Source: Gloeobacterales cyanobacterium
GTDB lineage: Bacteria > Cyanobacteriota > Cyanobacteriia > Gloeobacterales > PMM-0068
Length of the DNA stretch: 64,000 bases
Assembly (NCBI GenBank): GCA_038245785.1
Contig: JBBRSB010000006.1
Location: 91,938 to 155,937, forward strand
Reading direction: 5' to 3'
Each line of letters starts with the position of its first letter. Position 1 is the first letter of the stretch. Positions 52,496 through 63,066 of this stretch are shown piece after piece. Below the pieces are notes generated by a model that worked only from the letters and a program-made list of their open reading frames with translations, searched no databases and was not told where the DNA came from. The position numbers were made by a program, and so were the translations under genes.

Positions 52496-53911
52496 ATGAC
52501 GAATAAAGACTGGCTCAAAAGTGCGGGAATCCCTTTTCAGATTGCGATCCAAGCTCCCGAAGAAGGAGTTTGCCGTCCGATTTTTTTCGTCGAAGCTGAA
52601 AAAAAAGGAGTCCTTTGGATTCATCCTGACAATTATGACAATCAGAGACAGATTTTAAATGAAGCGAGTGCGCTTTTAGCGAGCACCCTTACTGCCCTAG
52701 AGGAGATGGAGGATGCCCTGTCCGCTGCGGTAAAGGGTCGCCTGTCTGTAGTAGTAGATGAGACGCTTTTCGACAGCGAGGAAGTTTTCATAGAGGATAC
52801 GGAGAATTATCTGCGCCTAACGGCGAGCAATCTCCACAAAGCCTTTGAGCTAATGAGCAAGAAAAGTCAGGTGCGGTTTATTGATTTTTCTAGCACAGGC
52901 ACTTCTGCCCAAAAAAATAAAAATCGTAAACGGGTGCTTTCCGGCATCCAACCTTCGGGAGATATGACGCTAGGCAACTGGCTGGGAGCGGTAGAGCTAT
53001 GGAAGAAACAAATTGAGGAATATCCCAACTGTTACTTTTTTCTGGCTGATTTGCATAGTTTGACCGTTACGCCAGAGCCGCAAGAGTTGCGCGAACGAAT
53101 TCGCAAAACGGCAACGCTCCTATTGGCTTGTGGTCTGGATATGGAACGGGCCGCCATGTTTCGTCAATCCCAACTGGGGGGCATGCATACTGAACTGGCC
53201 TGGTTATTTTCTTGCATCACGCCAGAGGGCCGCCTGGAGCAAATGACACAGTTCAAGGAAAAAGCACAAAAGCAAACATCGGTCGGCACTGGCTTGAAGA
53301 TTTATCCGATTTTGATGGCTGCGGACATCGCTATTTATCAAAGCCATCTGGTGCCCGTAGGCGATGACCAGCGCCAGCACCTGGAGTTGGCCCGCGAGAT
53401 CATCCGCAAATTCAACAGTCGCTACGGTCATACCTTTGTTGTCCCTAAAGCTTTAGTGCGGGAGGGTTCAACAGCGCGGGTAATGGACTTGACCGATGGC
53501 ACAAAAAAAATGTCGAAATCGTCTGCGAACAAAGATGGCTGTATCTATCTATTGGATAGCCCAGATGAGATCAACCGCAAAATCAAACGCGCTAAAACCG
53601 ATGCGATTCGAGAAATTTATTCAGATCCGATAGCGAGACCCGAGACCACCAATCTCCTGGGAATTTACCAAGGACTTACCGGATTGAATGATGAAGCGGT
53701 TGTTGCTGAATTTGAAGGGCAAGGGCACGGAGCGTTGAAGAAAGCACTAACAGAATGCTTGATTGCTAAGTTAGAACCTGTACGAGAACGCTATGCTCAA
53801 TATTCGGCTGAACCAGGCTATGTGGAAGGAATCCTGAAGCGGGGAGCAGAGCGTGTCTATCCGATAGCCAATGAGACCTTGAGCAAGGCTAAGGAGAGGG
53901 TTGGTTTATAA
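52496..53911 (+). CDS. trpS: Tryptophan--tRNA ligase with ~140-aa N-terminal extension
   Basis: RVLSGIQPSG, TLGN, YPILMAADI, VPVGDDQRQHLEL, KMSKS. Confidence 0.93.
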   Translation: MTNKDWLKSAGIPFQIAIQAPEEGVCRPIFFVEAEKKGVLWIHPDNYDNQRQILNEASALLASTLTALEEMEDALSAAVKGRLSVVVDETLFDSEEVFIEDTENYLRLTASNLHKAFELMSKKSQVRFIDFSSTGTSAQKNKNRKRVLSGIQPSGDMTLGNWLGAVELWKKQIEEYPNCYFFLADLHSLTVTPEPQELRERIRKTATLLLACGLDMERAAMFRQSQLGGMHTELAWLFSCITPEGRLEQMTQFKEKAQKQTSVGTGLKIYPILMAADIAIYQSHLVPVGDDQRQHLELAREIIRKFNSRYGHTFVVPKALVREGSTARVMDLTDGTKKMSKSSANKDGCIYLLDSPDEINRKIKRAKTDAIREIYSDPIARPETTNLLGIYQGLTGLNDEAVVAEFEGQGHGALKKALTECLIAKLEPVRERYAQYSAEPGYVEGILKRGAERVYPIANETLSKAKERVGL

Positions 53912-54033
53912 AATTAGAATGGTTAGACTATAAGAATATGCTTGATTACAGCTAAAAACTTAGAAGTCGGTAGTTTTCTATCTTAATCACACATACATTT
54001 CAGTGCTTTATTTTGTGTTGACTTTCAAAAAGT

Positions 54034-54399
54034 CTAGGGACTTAAGGTAATCCACCGCAGGGCAAACGGCATCAGTAACCCTGTCAATGCTCCAGCTAAC
54101 ACCATAGTTACTGTTAGCTTAGCGGCATGCTTTTGCCACCAAGTAAGGGAACTTTCTAAATCACCTTGGTCATCTTCATCTTCTTGTGCCCCTGTGAAAT
54201 AGAGGTTGTAAAAGATACGGGCCTCGTCATCAGAGAGAATGGTATAAGCCTGGGAGATTTCTTCAAAATGTTCTTTTGCACTAGGGTCTTCGCTGACATC
54301 GGGGTGATACTGGCGTGCCAAACGCAGATACGCATCCCTAATTTCTTCTTTACTGGTAAAGGGAGGAATATCTAAGACACTATAAAAATCTTTTGCCAT
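54034..54399 (-). CDS. J-domain protein with C-terminal TM
   Basis: DFYSVL, YHPD motif, C-terminal hydrophobic helix. Confidence 0.85.
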   Translation of the reverse strand: MAKDFYSVLDIPPFTSKEEIRDAYLRLARQYHPDVSEDPSAKEHFEEISQAYTILSDDEARIFYNLYFTGAQEDEDDQGDLESSLTWWQKHAAKLTVTMVLAGALTGLLMPFALRWITLSP

Positions 54400-54516
54400 A
54401 GGTGTCCATTTACGCCTGGAACAGGATATTACCGTGTAAACACTTAAACAGCATGTAGCCAAAGTAACATCGACTTCTCCGGTTACCCCGATGGATATGC
54501 AGATCTGAACCAAGTT

Positions 54517-54972
54517 CTAAATGCTGAAACGCTTTTCTAGAGAGGCTGCCTGGGTAGTTACCCACGCACTACTGCCATCTAGCCAATACTCTTTCTTCCA
54601 AACAGGAGCATGGTACTTCAAGGTGTCAATGGCATACTGACAAGCCTCAAAGCCTTCTTTTCGGTGAGGAGAGCCAACCGCTATGATTACTGAAATCTCA
54701 CCGATATGTAGCTTGCCGATCCGATGGTGGATCACTACTTGGGTAGTATCGGGCCATTTTTGGTGAATCTGGTCCGCGATTTCAGCAAATACTTTGAGGG
54801 CCATCGGTTCGTAGGCTTCGTATTCGAGAAAATCGACTGGTTTTTTGGCCGTTTGATTGCGCACGGTCCCGCACATGAGATTCACAGACCCATTGGCGGG
54901 GTCAGCGGCCAAGTCATAGACAGCTTGGAGGTTAAGTGGGTCTGTGGTGATGATCAGTGGTTCTTGGGCCAT
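54517..54972 (-). CDS. moaE: Molybdopterin synthase catalytic subunit
   Basis: GTVRN, LEYEAYEPMA, HRIGKL, SPHR, IDTLK, PVWKKE. Confidence 0.93.
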   Translation of the reverse strand: MAQEPLIITTDPLNLQAVYDLAADPANGSVNLMCGTVRNQTAKKPVDFLEYEAYEPMALKVFAEIADQIHQKWPDTTQVVIHHRIGKLHIGEISVIIAVGSPHRKEGFEACQYAIDTLKYHAPVWKKEYWLDGSSAWVTTQAASLEKRFSI

Positions 54973-55038
54973 AGCTGCATTATCGCAGTTCCATAGAGCA
55001 AGATGGGAGTAGCAGCCAGTGATTTGAGGATAGGTCCT

Positions 55039-55715
55039 ATGGCTCAACGAACTTCCAAATGGGATGCCGGACGATTTTGGCAAACCCTGGTTTATTTCAA
55101 GGTACTGGAACCACCAGCCTGGATACGTGCTCTATTTCAGGGCGCAAGTGCTCAATCTGGGGGAGGAAAGATGCCCATAAACAATATGATTTTTGATTTT
55201 CAGCATCCATCTCAGGATCTAAAAGAAACCTGGGGTGCGCTAGATGATGTAGTGATGGGTGGGGTCAGCCAGAGTGGAATCCAACTGGTTGAAAATTCGG
55301 CTTTATTCTCGGGCAATGTTTCTACCGAGAATTCAGGCGGGTTTGCCTCGATTCGTACCCGAAATTTTGAAACGCCCTTTGATCTATCTGCCTATACAGG
55401 TCTGGAACTCCGCTTGCGGGGAGATGGTAAGCGCTATAAATTCATGCTCCGCAGCGAAACGAAATGGGACGGTGTTGCCTACTGTTATTCTTTCGATACG
55501 GTAAAGATACCTGGATAACAGTACAGATTCCTTTCACCCAATTGATTCCCGTCTTTCGGGCCAAAACCCTTAAAGATATGGCCCCCCTTAATACGCACCA
55601 AGTCTCTTCTTTCCAAATCATGCTCAGTAAGTTTGAGTATGACGGGGGATTGAATCCATTTTTTGCACCTGGTTATTTTGAATTGCAGGTGGAATCAATT
55701 AAGGCTTACGGGTGA
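55039..55715 (+). pseudogene. CIA30-family protein split by a 1-nt frameshift near 55503
   Basis: WGALDDVVMGGVS, ENSGGFASIR in one frame; DTWITVQIPF...MLSKFEYDG in another; one extra A in GTAAAGAT would rejoin them. Confidence 0.75.
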
Positions 55716-55737
55716 CGCCCCCCTGCCCCCCAACTTT

Positions 55738-56030
55738 GGCAGGGCTGATTCATTCCTGGAAAGGCTGTAATCCAACCCCTCAGGCCCTTGCGGGCCAGCT
55801 CCCCTTAAGGGGAGCCTTTGCTGCAAAGAGGCTCAAGCTTATGAAATGCACCGCACATTGATTCTAGAAAGCTCAGGCATCCAAGCAGTAGAGAGAGTGG
55901 ACTATCGCTTGGGTAGTGTTTGCACCCAAATCCAAACTATCTTTCTGCCCCCAGAGGAGGCTCCCCTTGAGGGGAGCTGGCCCGTAGGGCCTGAGGGGTT
56001 CAAGACTCAGGAGTATGAATCAGCCCTGCC
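55738..56030. mobile_element. MITE/REPIN-like element with nested inverted repeats around a degenerate DUF559-like fragment
   Basis: 16-bp perfect outer IR GGCAGGGCTGATTCAT (55738-55753 / 56015-56030); ~43-bp inner IR (55774-55817 / 55958-56000). Confidence 0.6.
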
Positions 56031-56120
56031 CACCCTTCGGGAAGGCTAGGGTGGGGGCTGTTGATAATAGAGGATCTCTGATTCAAGTCAAAGTTGAGAT
56101 TAATGATTTTTGCAAAAGTT

Positions 56121-57890
56121 CTAACTAGTTGTCTTACCCTTATATGTAGCCAGAGCATCCTTACAAAAACCTTGTGCACCAGGAAATAATTCTGGACATC
56201 TCTCATCAACCACTCTGAGCAAATCCTCAATATTTGGATATACTTTGTCAAGCCAATGAGGAAACTCACCCAGAAGATGTTTTATAGGATGAATAGCTTT
56301 ATAAAAATAAATGTATTTCCCTCCAAAGTAATCAGTATGGTTAGACTTGATGGTTCCTAATTTAAGAACAAGTTCTCCCTGGAAAAATGAGCTCTCTTCA
56401 TCTGCAAGCAAATCACCAACCCACGGGGAAATAACTTTCGCTACTCTTATTGCAAGAGGGTTATCATTGATGCCTGTAATAGTTTTGAATAGATCATAGG
56501 AATATCCACGCATAGTTTCAAGGCTGAATGCAAGTGATTCACTTTCACTCTGACCATATTGTATTGGGAGTGAAATATTGAGAAGGGATTCGAGTAACAT
56601 ATCTTTTCGTTCTTGAACACCCACTATAAATATTGAATAAGTAGTTAATATAAGAGGATACATTCTCAAGCAACGACCCTCTATTTTAGAGGATATACCT
56701 ATCGGTTCTCTGACAGCTTGGGCAAGAATAGTCACAGCCTTTTTGACTAAATTAATATACTCTGACTGGTGGTCATAGCGGGTAATGTTAGCTAGGATGC
56801 TTGCTAGACGTTCACTCTTAGTTTCTATATACTTAATTGCTTTTAGGCATGTGTCCCTATCATTTAGGCCAAGATTCCAAGGACAAACTTCAGAGGGTTC
56901 CTTCATCACTTTGGCAAGGTCACGGGCTTCTTTGAGAACCAAATCTTCCAAACGTATGCGATAGCGCACAGGTTCAGACATGCACCTCTTAACCTCAGAC
57001 AGCAGAGCTGTGATGCTGTGGGGTGGATTTCATGAGCCTTCTTCCAGTGATTCAACTTTCAATAGAAGAGTTTTGAAGAATTCATCTGCGCCCATCCCTT
57101 GAATATCTCGCCCTCGCCGAAAGTCTATTAATTCTTGTGCTTCGGCACTCGGCTCGCTGTAAGCCAACCAGTATAACGAGTAACGGCGGTTAGGCATCCG
57201 CAGAATGGCATTACGTAAAGCAGTGTCCCACTCTCCAGACCATCCAGCCGGGATCAAACCAAACTCATCAAGAATTCTATCCAGATAGGTATTCATTGAA
57301 GGATTATAAGTTGCTAATTCCGTAGGGCTGTTCTTGATGCGATTATCTTTGTAGTCTCCATGTATCTTAACGACTACGCATTTTTCATGGACATAAGGTG
57401 GAGCCCCATTTATATTCTCTGGCTGGTCAATCACCATATGCTGAATCCCCTCACCTCTCAGGGCATCCTCCATAAGTCGGTCAAAATTAGTTGTCAGGAT
57501 CATGCGAACATAGCCTTGACTAACTAATTTCGCTACAGTCTGATGCGCTTTTGTAGGGAGTTTTTTGCCCTCTTCTTGTTCAGTTTCTGTAGGTTCGAAG
57601 TAATTTTCTAAAATGCCCCGTCGCTCTGATTCAGTCTGAGCTATCTGTTCCAGTAATTTACTATAGTCAGGTTCTTCTTTATATTCTTTCCGGTACCAGT
57701 CATAAGGGTCTTGCTCAGTCCACCCATTTGATAATGGAGCGGCTAGCTGACGAATAAGATCCAATGTAATTTCCCAACCCGTTGGTATATCTGCGGATCT
57801 GGAGAGGCCAGAACCAAGGAGGAGTGCATATACTCCCTTTTGACGGTGAATATTAACAGCTAACTCAGACAACCTGGCATCTTGATCCAT
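56121..57890 (-). pseudogene. SIR2-like (SIR2_2) protein interrupted by one in-frame TGA at 57030-57032
   Basis: LLLGSGLSRSA, TTNFD, KIHGD motifs; the two ORFs are in frame and joined by EEGS*NPPHSITALLSEVKRCMSEPVRYRIRLEDLV. Confidence 0.75.
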
Positions 57891-57975
57891 AGTTACATTC
57901 ACAGAGAAGAGACTGGGCAATTATAATCCACCCAAACTCCAAAAATGTACCGATAAGCTCTCAAGAAGGATGCTT

Positions 57976-58004
57976 CTCCCCCCAGAATTGGGGGGCCGGG
58001 GGGG
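57976..58004. repeat. Cyanobacterial short dispersed GC-rich repeat
   Basis: CCCCCCAGAATTGGGGGCCGGGGGGGC; related inverted copy at ~55717-55737. Confidence 0.5.
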
Positions 58005-58196
58005 CAAGATTCAGAAAAATTCGTCCTTACTAGGATATTCCATTAGACTCTCAAGATGTTTCATTCTAATAAGTTTAACAAAGCTTATATCAGCACAAAT
58101 CAACCTTAGCAGTACAGAGTTTTCATCAAATAGCTCTGGTACTTTGAATTGGAATCTATCATGCTAAAATTTGGCCGAAGTTCTTCTGAGGTCCAG

Positions 58197-58941
58197 ATGG
58201 AATTCGATCTAAGCAAGTGGGCACAAATCATACTCGGTTTAATCGGCGTGCCCTTCGCATTATTTAAAGTATCCAAAGATCGCTTTGATGTCTCTATTGG
58301 CAAGCAGAGTCAAAGGCGCGAGGAGTACAAGTTCGCAAAAGACTTCCTAGAGGAAATCAAAAACAATCCAAATATGCACCCGTTTGCACGGGAAAAGGGA
58401 TACAAAGCTATCGCCCCAGACAAACAACCAGGAGTCGGCTTACGAGACAAACTGGGGGCTAAGGAAATTGAGTATCTGCTTGCTGACAAAAACAATCCTG
58501 AGCTGGCGCTCAACAATTACATTCTCGGTCGGCGTTACCTAGAAAATATTTTTGATAATGAAACTCCAAAAATTGCCTTCAAAAAGGAGTACGAAGTCAA
58601 CTGGTCAAGAGGGGTACACAAAAATATATGTTTTACCTTGTACTGGATTTTTGGGTTCTTTGCCTTTGCACCCCTCTTTTTGTACTTACTGATTCCGTTC
58701 TGGCCTGAATCCGGAACTTCTGCTTAAAAAATGGAACTGGGTAACCTGGCTACTCATACAGCTCCTTTCTCTGGATATCTTTGGCCCCGTCGCGTGGTTA
58801 TCGTTGGGGGTTGTAACTGGTATCAATCACGCAGAGGAGCTTGTTCATGGGATCGAGCCTCCTCGCCTTCATCGAGAGTTATGGGAACACTTTCTTAGCT
58901 TGAAAAAGGCCATCCTTTCATTCTCTAACGGAGGCAAATAA
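58197..58941 (+). pseudogene. Membrane hypothetical protein, probably frameshifted near 58695-58725
   Basis: ORF stops at 58727 just after a TM; an alternate frame continues PELLLKKWNWVTWLLIQLLSLDIFGPVAWLSL...HAEELV to TAA at 58941. Confidence 0.45.
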
Positions 58942-58975
58942 GAGGAACAGGCAAGAGTCTGTGCCAGTGAGGGAA

Positions 58976-59452
58976 CTACTGGCCAGCTCTCCCCAGACGC
59001 AGTTCTTCTATCAAGTCCCGTATAGCCACCTGGTTACTTTGGGCCAGGGCTTGCGCAGCCTCTGATGCTTGAGCTGACCTTTGCGCTGATTCCAGGAGCG
59101 CATGTCGGTCCAGGTTCATCGCGGCATTTGTCCGGCTCAATTCTGCCATAGCGGAAACCAGAGTTTCGATAGTTTTAGATTGCCGCTCGGCAGTTTCTGC
59201 TTGTCTTTCGACGGTGACGGCTATTTTATCCAAACGGTCGTCAAACTGCTCAAACCATTCACCCTGTCTTTCGGTGGCGGCGGCTATTCTATCCAAACGG
59301 TCGTCAAACTGATTACCCTGCCTTTCTGCAGTCTGTGCTTGCTGTTGGGAAACATCTTTAAGCTCTGCGATACTTTGGGCCTGCCGCTGAGCTACGGCTA
59401 AGAGTCCTTGCAGTTGTACATCAATAGTGTCTAAACGATCTGCACTCATCAT
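58976..59452 (-). CDS. Coiled-coil hypothetical protein with internal repeat
   Basis: ERQG..QFDDRLD.IA unit duplicated; heptad-rich; AGGAG RBS. Confidence 0.65.
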   Translation of the reverse strand: MMSADRLDTIDVQLQGLLAVAQRQAQSIAELKDVSQQQAQTAERQGNQFDDRLDRIAAATERQGEWFEQFDDRLDKIAVTVERQAETAERQSKTIETLVSAMAELSRTNAAMNLDRHALLESAQRSAQASEAAQALAQSNQVAIRDLIEELRLGRAGQ

Positions 59453-59771
59453 CGCTCTCCTGTGGTTTCATTGTACATTTATAGCCAGAAGCCCCTCTAT
59501 TCTCTGTCGTACACATTTATGGGGTGCCCGATCCTGATCGGTGCGAAGTTCACCTACCATTTGTCCAACCTTTTTTGAGAACAACCCTTTCTATCTTAAA
59601 ATCAAGGTTTTGGGTGAGCTGACCAGCGGAGCTTTAAGGGTGAAGGTTGTAAAGTTAAGATAGGACTACTGAGCATTAGATTTAGCCTTAGCTCAATGTG
59701 AACTATGAATCAGTGAAACAAGCCACCTATCTTTGATAGTCCAAAAGCAGTAAATAATAAAGGAAGCCCCG

Positions 59772-59981
59772 ATGTCTGAAATTACTTTGAACACTGAACA
59801 ACTAAAAACACTGCTTAAAGTTGCGATCGTCGAGATTTTGCAAGAACAAAAAGAAGTCTTTACGGATCTGATCCTTGAGACAATGGAAGATATTGCTTTA
59901 GCGCAAGCGATCAAAGAAGGCGAAAGCACTGAAATTGTTAGCCGGGAAGCAATTTTCAAGATTTTGAGTCAGCAATCGTGA
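59772..59981 (+). CDS. Antitoxin partner of the RelE/ParE toxin
   Basis: EDIALAQAIKEGESTEIVSREAIF; overlaps the toxin start. Confidence 0.75.
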   Translation: MSEITLNTEQLKTLLKVAIVEILQEQKEVFTDLILETMEDIALAQAIKEGESTEIVSREAIFKILSQQS

Positions 59982-60244
59982 ATGTTGAATTCAGAAAAAG
60001 CTTTGAGAAAGATCTTGGCAAAATCAGAGATTTAGAACTGCTACAAAGAATTCAAGCCGTTATCGAAGAGGTCGAAAATACTAGTAGCCTAAAAGATTTC
60101 AGCAACGTTAAAAGACTCAAAGCAGAGGGAGACTACTACCGCATTAGAATTGGCAACTATCGAATTGGTTTCTCCACACACGGAGATGTTGTAACCTTCG
60201 TTCGAGTGCTACATCGAAAAGAAATTTATCGCTATTTCCCATAA
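59978..60244 (+). CDS. relE: RelE/ParE-family toxin
   Basis: FRKSFEKDL, KRLK, YRIRIGNYRIG, VLHRKEIYRYFP. Confidence 0.88.
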   Translation: MNVEFRKSFEKDLGKIRDLELLQRIQAVIEEVENTSSLKDFSNVKRLKAEGDYYRIRIGNYRIGFSTHGDVVTFVRVLHRKEIYRYFP

Positions 60245-60262
60245 TTAGTATTGCAAGAGATA

Positions 60263-61834
60263 TTACTTCCAGCTAATCGGCAAAGTAGGGGATAAAGACC
60301 AAACTTTAGAAGCCGTATAATCTTCTGTCTCTTGGTCCAATACCTGAACTACACGGTCATAAATAGCCTGCGCTTCTTCTAGTGAATTACCAATACTGGT
60401 TAGCCCCAACTTTCCGTATTCTGACAGAGAACCGATCAGATGAAAAACTGTACCTGTCTGGGTACTGCTATCAAAATGCAGTCGATGATAGGCAATGATA
60501 TCCATCAAATCGGTGGGCAGCAAGCCACGGTATTGTTCTTTTTGTAAATTGTCAGAGGCGATGTAGTACTTAGGATGACCTTGCTGACTGTAGAACAGTC
60601 CATTTTCTAAATTGTAATGGCCGTGGGTGAGGAACTTAAGCGTCATAAAAGGATGGGTAGTCCCACCCTTACGCAGATTGATTTCGATTGCCTGGAGATC
60701 CCAAGAACCGTCTGTTTGCTCTACGGCGATAAAATCTACCCCGAAGCGTTCTAGAACTCCTTTTTCTGCAAGATTTTCGCCAATCCGCAGACCCAGCTCC
60801 TGCAACGCTAAGCGATAACATTCATCGGCAGGGAAGGAGCAACCAAGAAAAATTTGTCCATCAGGTCCTCCTAAGATTTGGTCATGGGTCGATAGGATTT
60901 CCACTTCGCCCGTAGGCGCAATCCGCCCTTGAACGCTGGGAGAACGCTTTTCTTCACCTTCGATAAAGGCTTCGACAATCGCCCCCAACTCTGGGATGCG
61001 ACTACTGAAACTCGTCCAGGTTTCAGACTTGGACTGGAACCGTAACGCAGAGAAGTGAGCCTGTAGCATTTTTGCTTTTTGCTCAGGAGACTTGGAACTT
61101 GCGCTTTGCATTGGCTTCAGATCTAAGAGTGCATTTCCTTCGCCCGAAAAGCCTTCATTTAATTTGATTACCATCTGCTGGATATCAGGCTGCCGCTCCC
61201 ATAGCGCTGCTGCTGCTATAGCCAGATCTTCCACATTCCGCACTAATTCGCTGCCATCAGGATGAGGTACTGCACACTCGGCAAAAATACGCCGACTGCC
61301 ACTCTTAGTCCCTAAATAGAGAAGTTCAGGAGCAGCGGCTAAGAGGGGGATGCCTAACTGAACAGACAACTCCTGTTCTAGGTTCGTTGAGTTGTAGCAG
61401 ATGATGTAAGACCGCCCTGGACGTAGGGCTTGGCGAATGCGCTCTATCAAGCGTGGACGTTCCAAAATCTTCTGTGTTAGGGGTTTTTGCGAAGAATCAT
61501 AGGTGGACAGCAATAGTAAACGGTCATGGGCATGGGAAAAAGGAATGCCCGGTAGTAATTGCAGATAATAATCCACCACAATCGGATGCAAGGGCTGAGA
61601 AGTGATGTAGACCAGCCGGGTGCGGGGATTCCAAAGGCGGATCAAAGAGAACAACAACCGCTCTTCATAGTGATGATTGCCGGGAATCTTTAAAAGTTCA
61701 CGTTGATCGATGCTATGGGAAGGGAGAACCAGAATGTCATAGTCTCCCAATTCAAATTCTTCTATCTCCTGCCAGCGCTGACGCAACTGCGCCTGGAGCG
61801 CTCGGAAGGTATCGGGTATATCCGTGTCTAACAT
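60263..61834 (-). CDS. Peptide ligase PGM1-related ATP-grasp protein
   Basis: HYEERLLFSL, KLNEGFSGEGNA, STHDQILGG, RFGVDF, EINLRKGGTTHP. Confidence 0.8.
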   Translation of the reverse strand: MLDTDIPDTFRALQAQLRQRWQEIEEFELGDYDILVLPSHSIDQRELLKIPGNHHYEERLLFSLIRLWNPRTRLVYITSQPLHPIVVDYYLQLLPGIPFSHAHDRLLLLSTYDSSQKPLTQKILERPRLIERIRQALRPGRSYIICYNSTNLEQELSVQLGIPLLAAAPELLYLGTKSGSRRIFAECAVPHPDGSELVRNVEDLAIAAAALWERQPDIQQMVIKLNEGFSGEGNALLDLKPMQSASSKSPEQKAKMLQAHFSALRFQSKSETWTSFSSRIPELGAIVEAFIEGEEKRSPSVQGRIAPTGEVEILSTHDQILGGPDGQIFLGCSFPADECYRLALQELGLRIGENLAEKGVLERFGVDFIAVEQTDGSWDLQAIEINLRKGGTTHPFMTLKFLTHGHYNLENGLFYSQQGHPKYYIASDNLQKEQYRGLLPTDLMDIIAYHRLHFDSSTQTGTVFHLIGSLSEYGKLGLTSIGNSLEEAQAIYDRVVQVLDQETEDYTASKVWSLSPTLPISWK

Positions 61835-61923
61835 AATTAAGGCCGACCTTGAGCCTCTTGTCGTATCTTAGCTTCTTTTCTCACCACCAGCAGGAGCCGT
61901 CACGTAGAGTTACAGTTAACACT

Positions 61924-63066
61924 ATGGCTCTTTCACCATTATTTACCGAGCAGTTTTGGGGATGGGATATTCCTTGTCCCTACGACGAAATCATTGATGT
62001 CCGCTCTCCCTCAGAATTTGCGGAAGACCATATCCCCGGTGCCATCAATCTCCCCGTCTTAGACGATGCAGAACGGGCTAAAGTCGGAACGCTCTACAAG
62101 CAAGTGAGCACCTTCGAAGCGCGCAAACTAGGAGCAGCCCTGGTTTCCCGAAATATCAGTCGCCACCTAGAGGAACACTTTGCCTCTAAAGATAAAGACT
62201 ATCGGCCTTTGGTCTATTGCTGGCGGGGCGGACAACGTTCGGGCAGTATGGCAGCAGTCTTAGTGCAGGTTGGTTGGCGGGTGACTCTGGTACAGGGTGG
62301 CTACAAGACCTATCGAGCCCATGTCCGCCAGCAAATACAAGACCTGCCCTCGCAGTTTAACTATCGGATTTTGGCGGGAGCAACAGGCACTGGCAAAACC
62401 CAGGTCCTGAAGCGGTTGGCTCAACGAGGAGCCCAAGCGCTGGATTTGGAAGGTCTCGCTCAACACCGAGGCTCCCTACTCGGAGCCCTTTTGGATGTTC
62501 CCCAGCCTTCCCAAAAATACTTTGAATCGCTCTTGGTCGAAAAATTGCAGCAGTTTGACCCGAAAGAAGCGGTATGGGTAGAGGCAGAGAGTAACAAGAT
62601 TGGACAGGTCTACATTCCACAGGCCCTCTGGCAAAAGATGCAGCAGGCCGAGGGCTTTGAAATCCAGATGCCTTTAGCCCAACGTATCGAACATCTGATT
62701 AAGGAATATCCCTATCTGGGCACCCATCCAGAAGTACTTAAGGACAAACTCCAGCAATTAAAATCCCGCTATGGGAAGAAACAACTGGAAGAGTGGAATC
62801 GTTTAATTGATGCCCGGCAAGGAGAGCTGTTTATTGGTCTGCTCCTAGAACAGCACTATGACCCCAGCTATGCCCACTCCTTTCATCGTTGCTATCCGCA
62901 TGTACAGCAAACAGCTTCTTTATTGGACACATCCGTAGAGCAGATTGATACTTTGGTCAATGAGCTTCTAGTTTCCACCGCTGATCTATCAGATGAGTCA
63001 TCAGCTCTTTCCTCAACAGAGAGCACTGCAGGAGATTCTACCCATGCCGCATCTCGCCCGCATTGA
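61924..63066 (+). CDS. selU: tRNA 2-selenouridine synthase
   Basis: IDVRSPSEFAEDHIPGA rhodanese, YCWRGGQRS, GATGTGKT, HRGSLLG, EAESNKIG. Confidence 0.92.
   Translation: MALSPLFTEQFWGWDIPCPYDEIIDVRSPSEFAEDHIPGAINLPVLDDAERAKVGTLYKQVSTFEARKLGAALVSRNISRHLEEHFASKDKDYRPLVYCWRGGQRSGSMAAVLVQVGWRVTLVQGGYKTYRAHVRQQIQDLPSQFNYRILAGATGTGKTQVLKRLAQRGAQALDLEGLAQHRGSLLGALLDVPQPSQKYFESLLVEKLQQFDPKEAVWVEAESNKIGQVYIPQALWQKMQQAEGFEIQMPLAQRIEHLIKEYPYLGTHPEVLKDKLQQLKSRYGKKQLEEWNRLIDARQGELFIGLLLEQHYDPSYAHSFHRCYPHVQQTASLLDTSVEQIDTLVNELLVSTADLSDESSALSSTESTAGDSTHAASRPH

Noticed and set aside
32943..57032. Selenocysteine or TGA recoding for the in-frame TGA codons, given selU in the window
   Set aside because: The positions are not catalytic Cys sites, no SECIS-like hairpin was evident, and many intact genes here end in TGA
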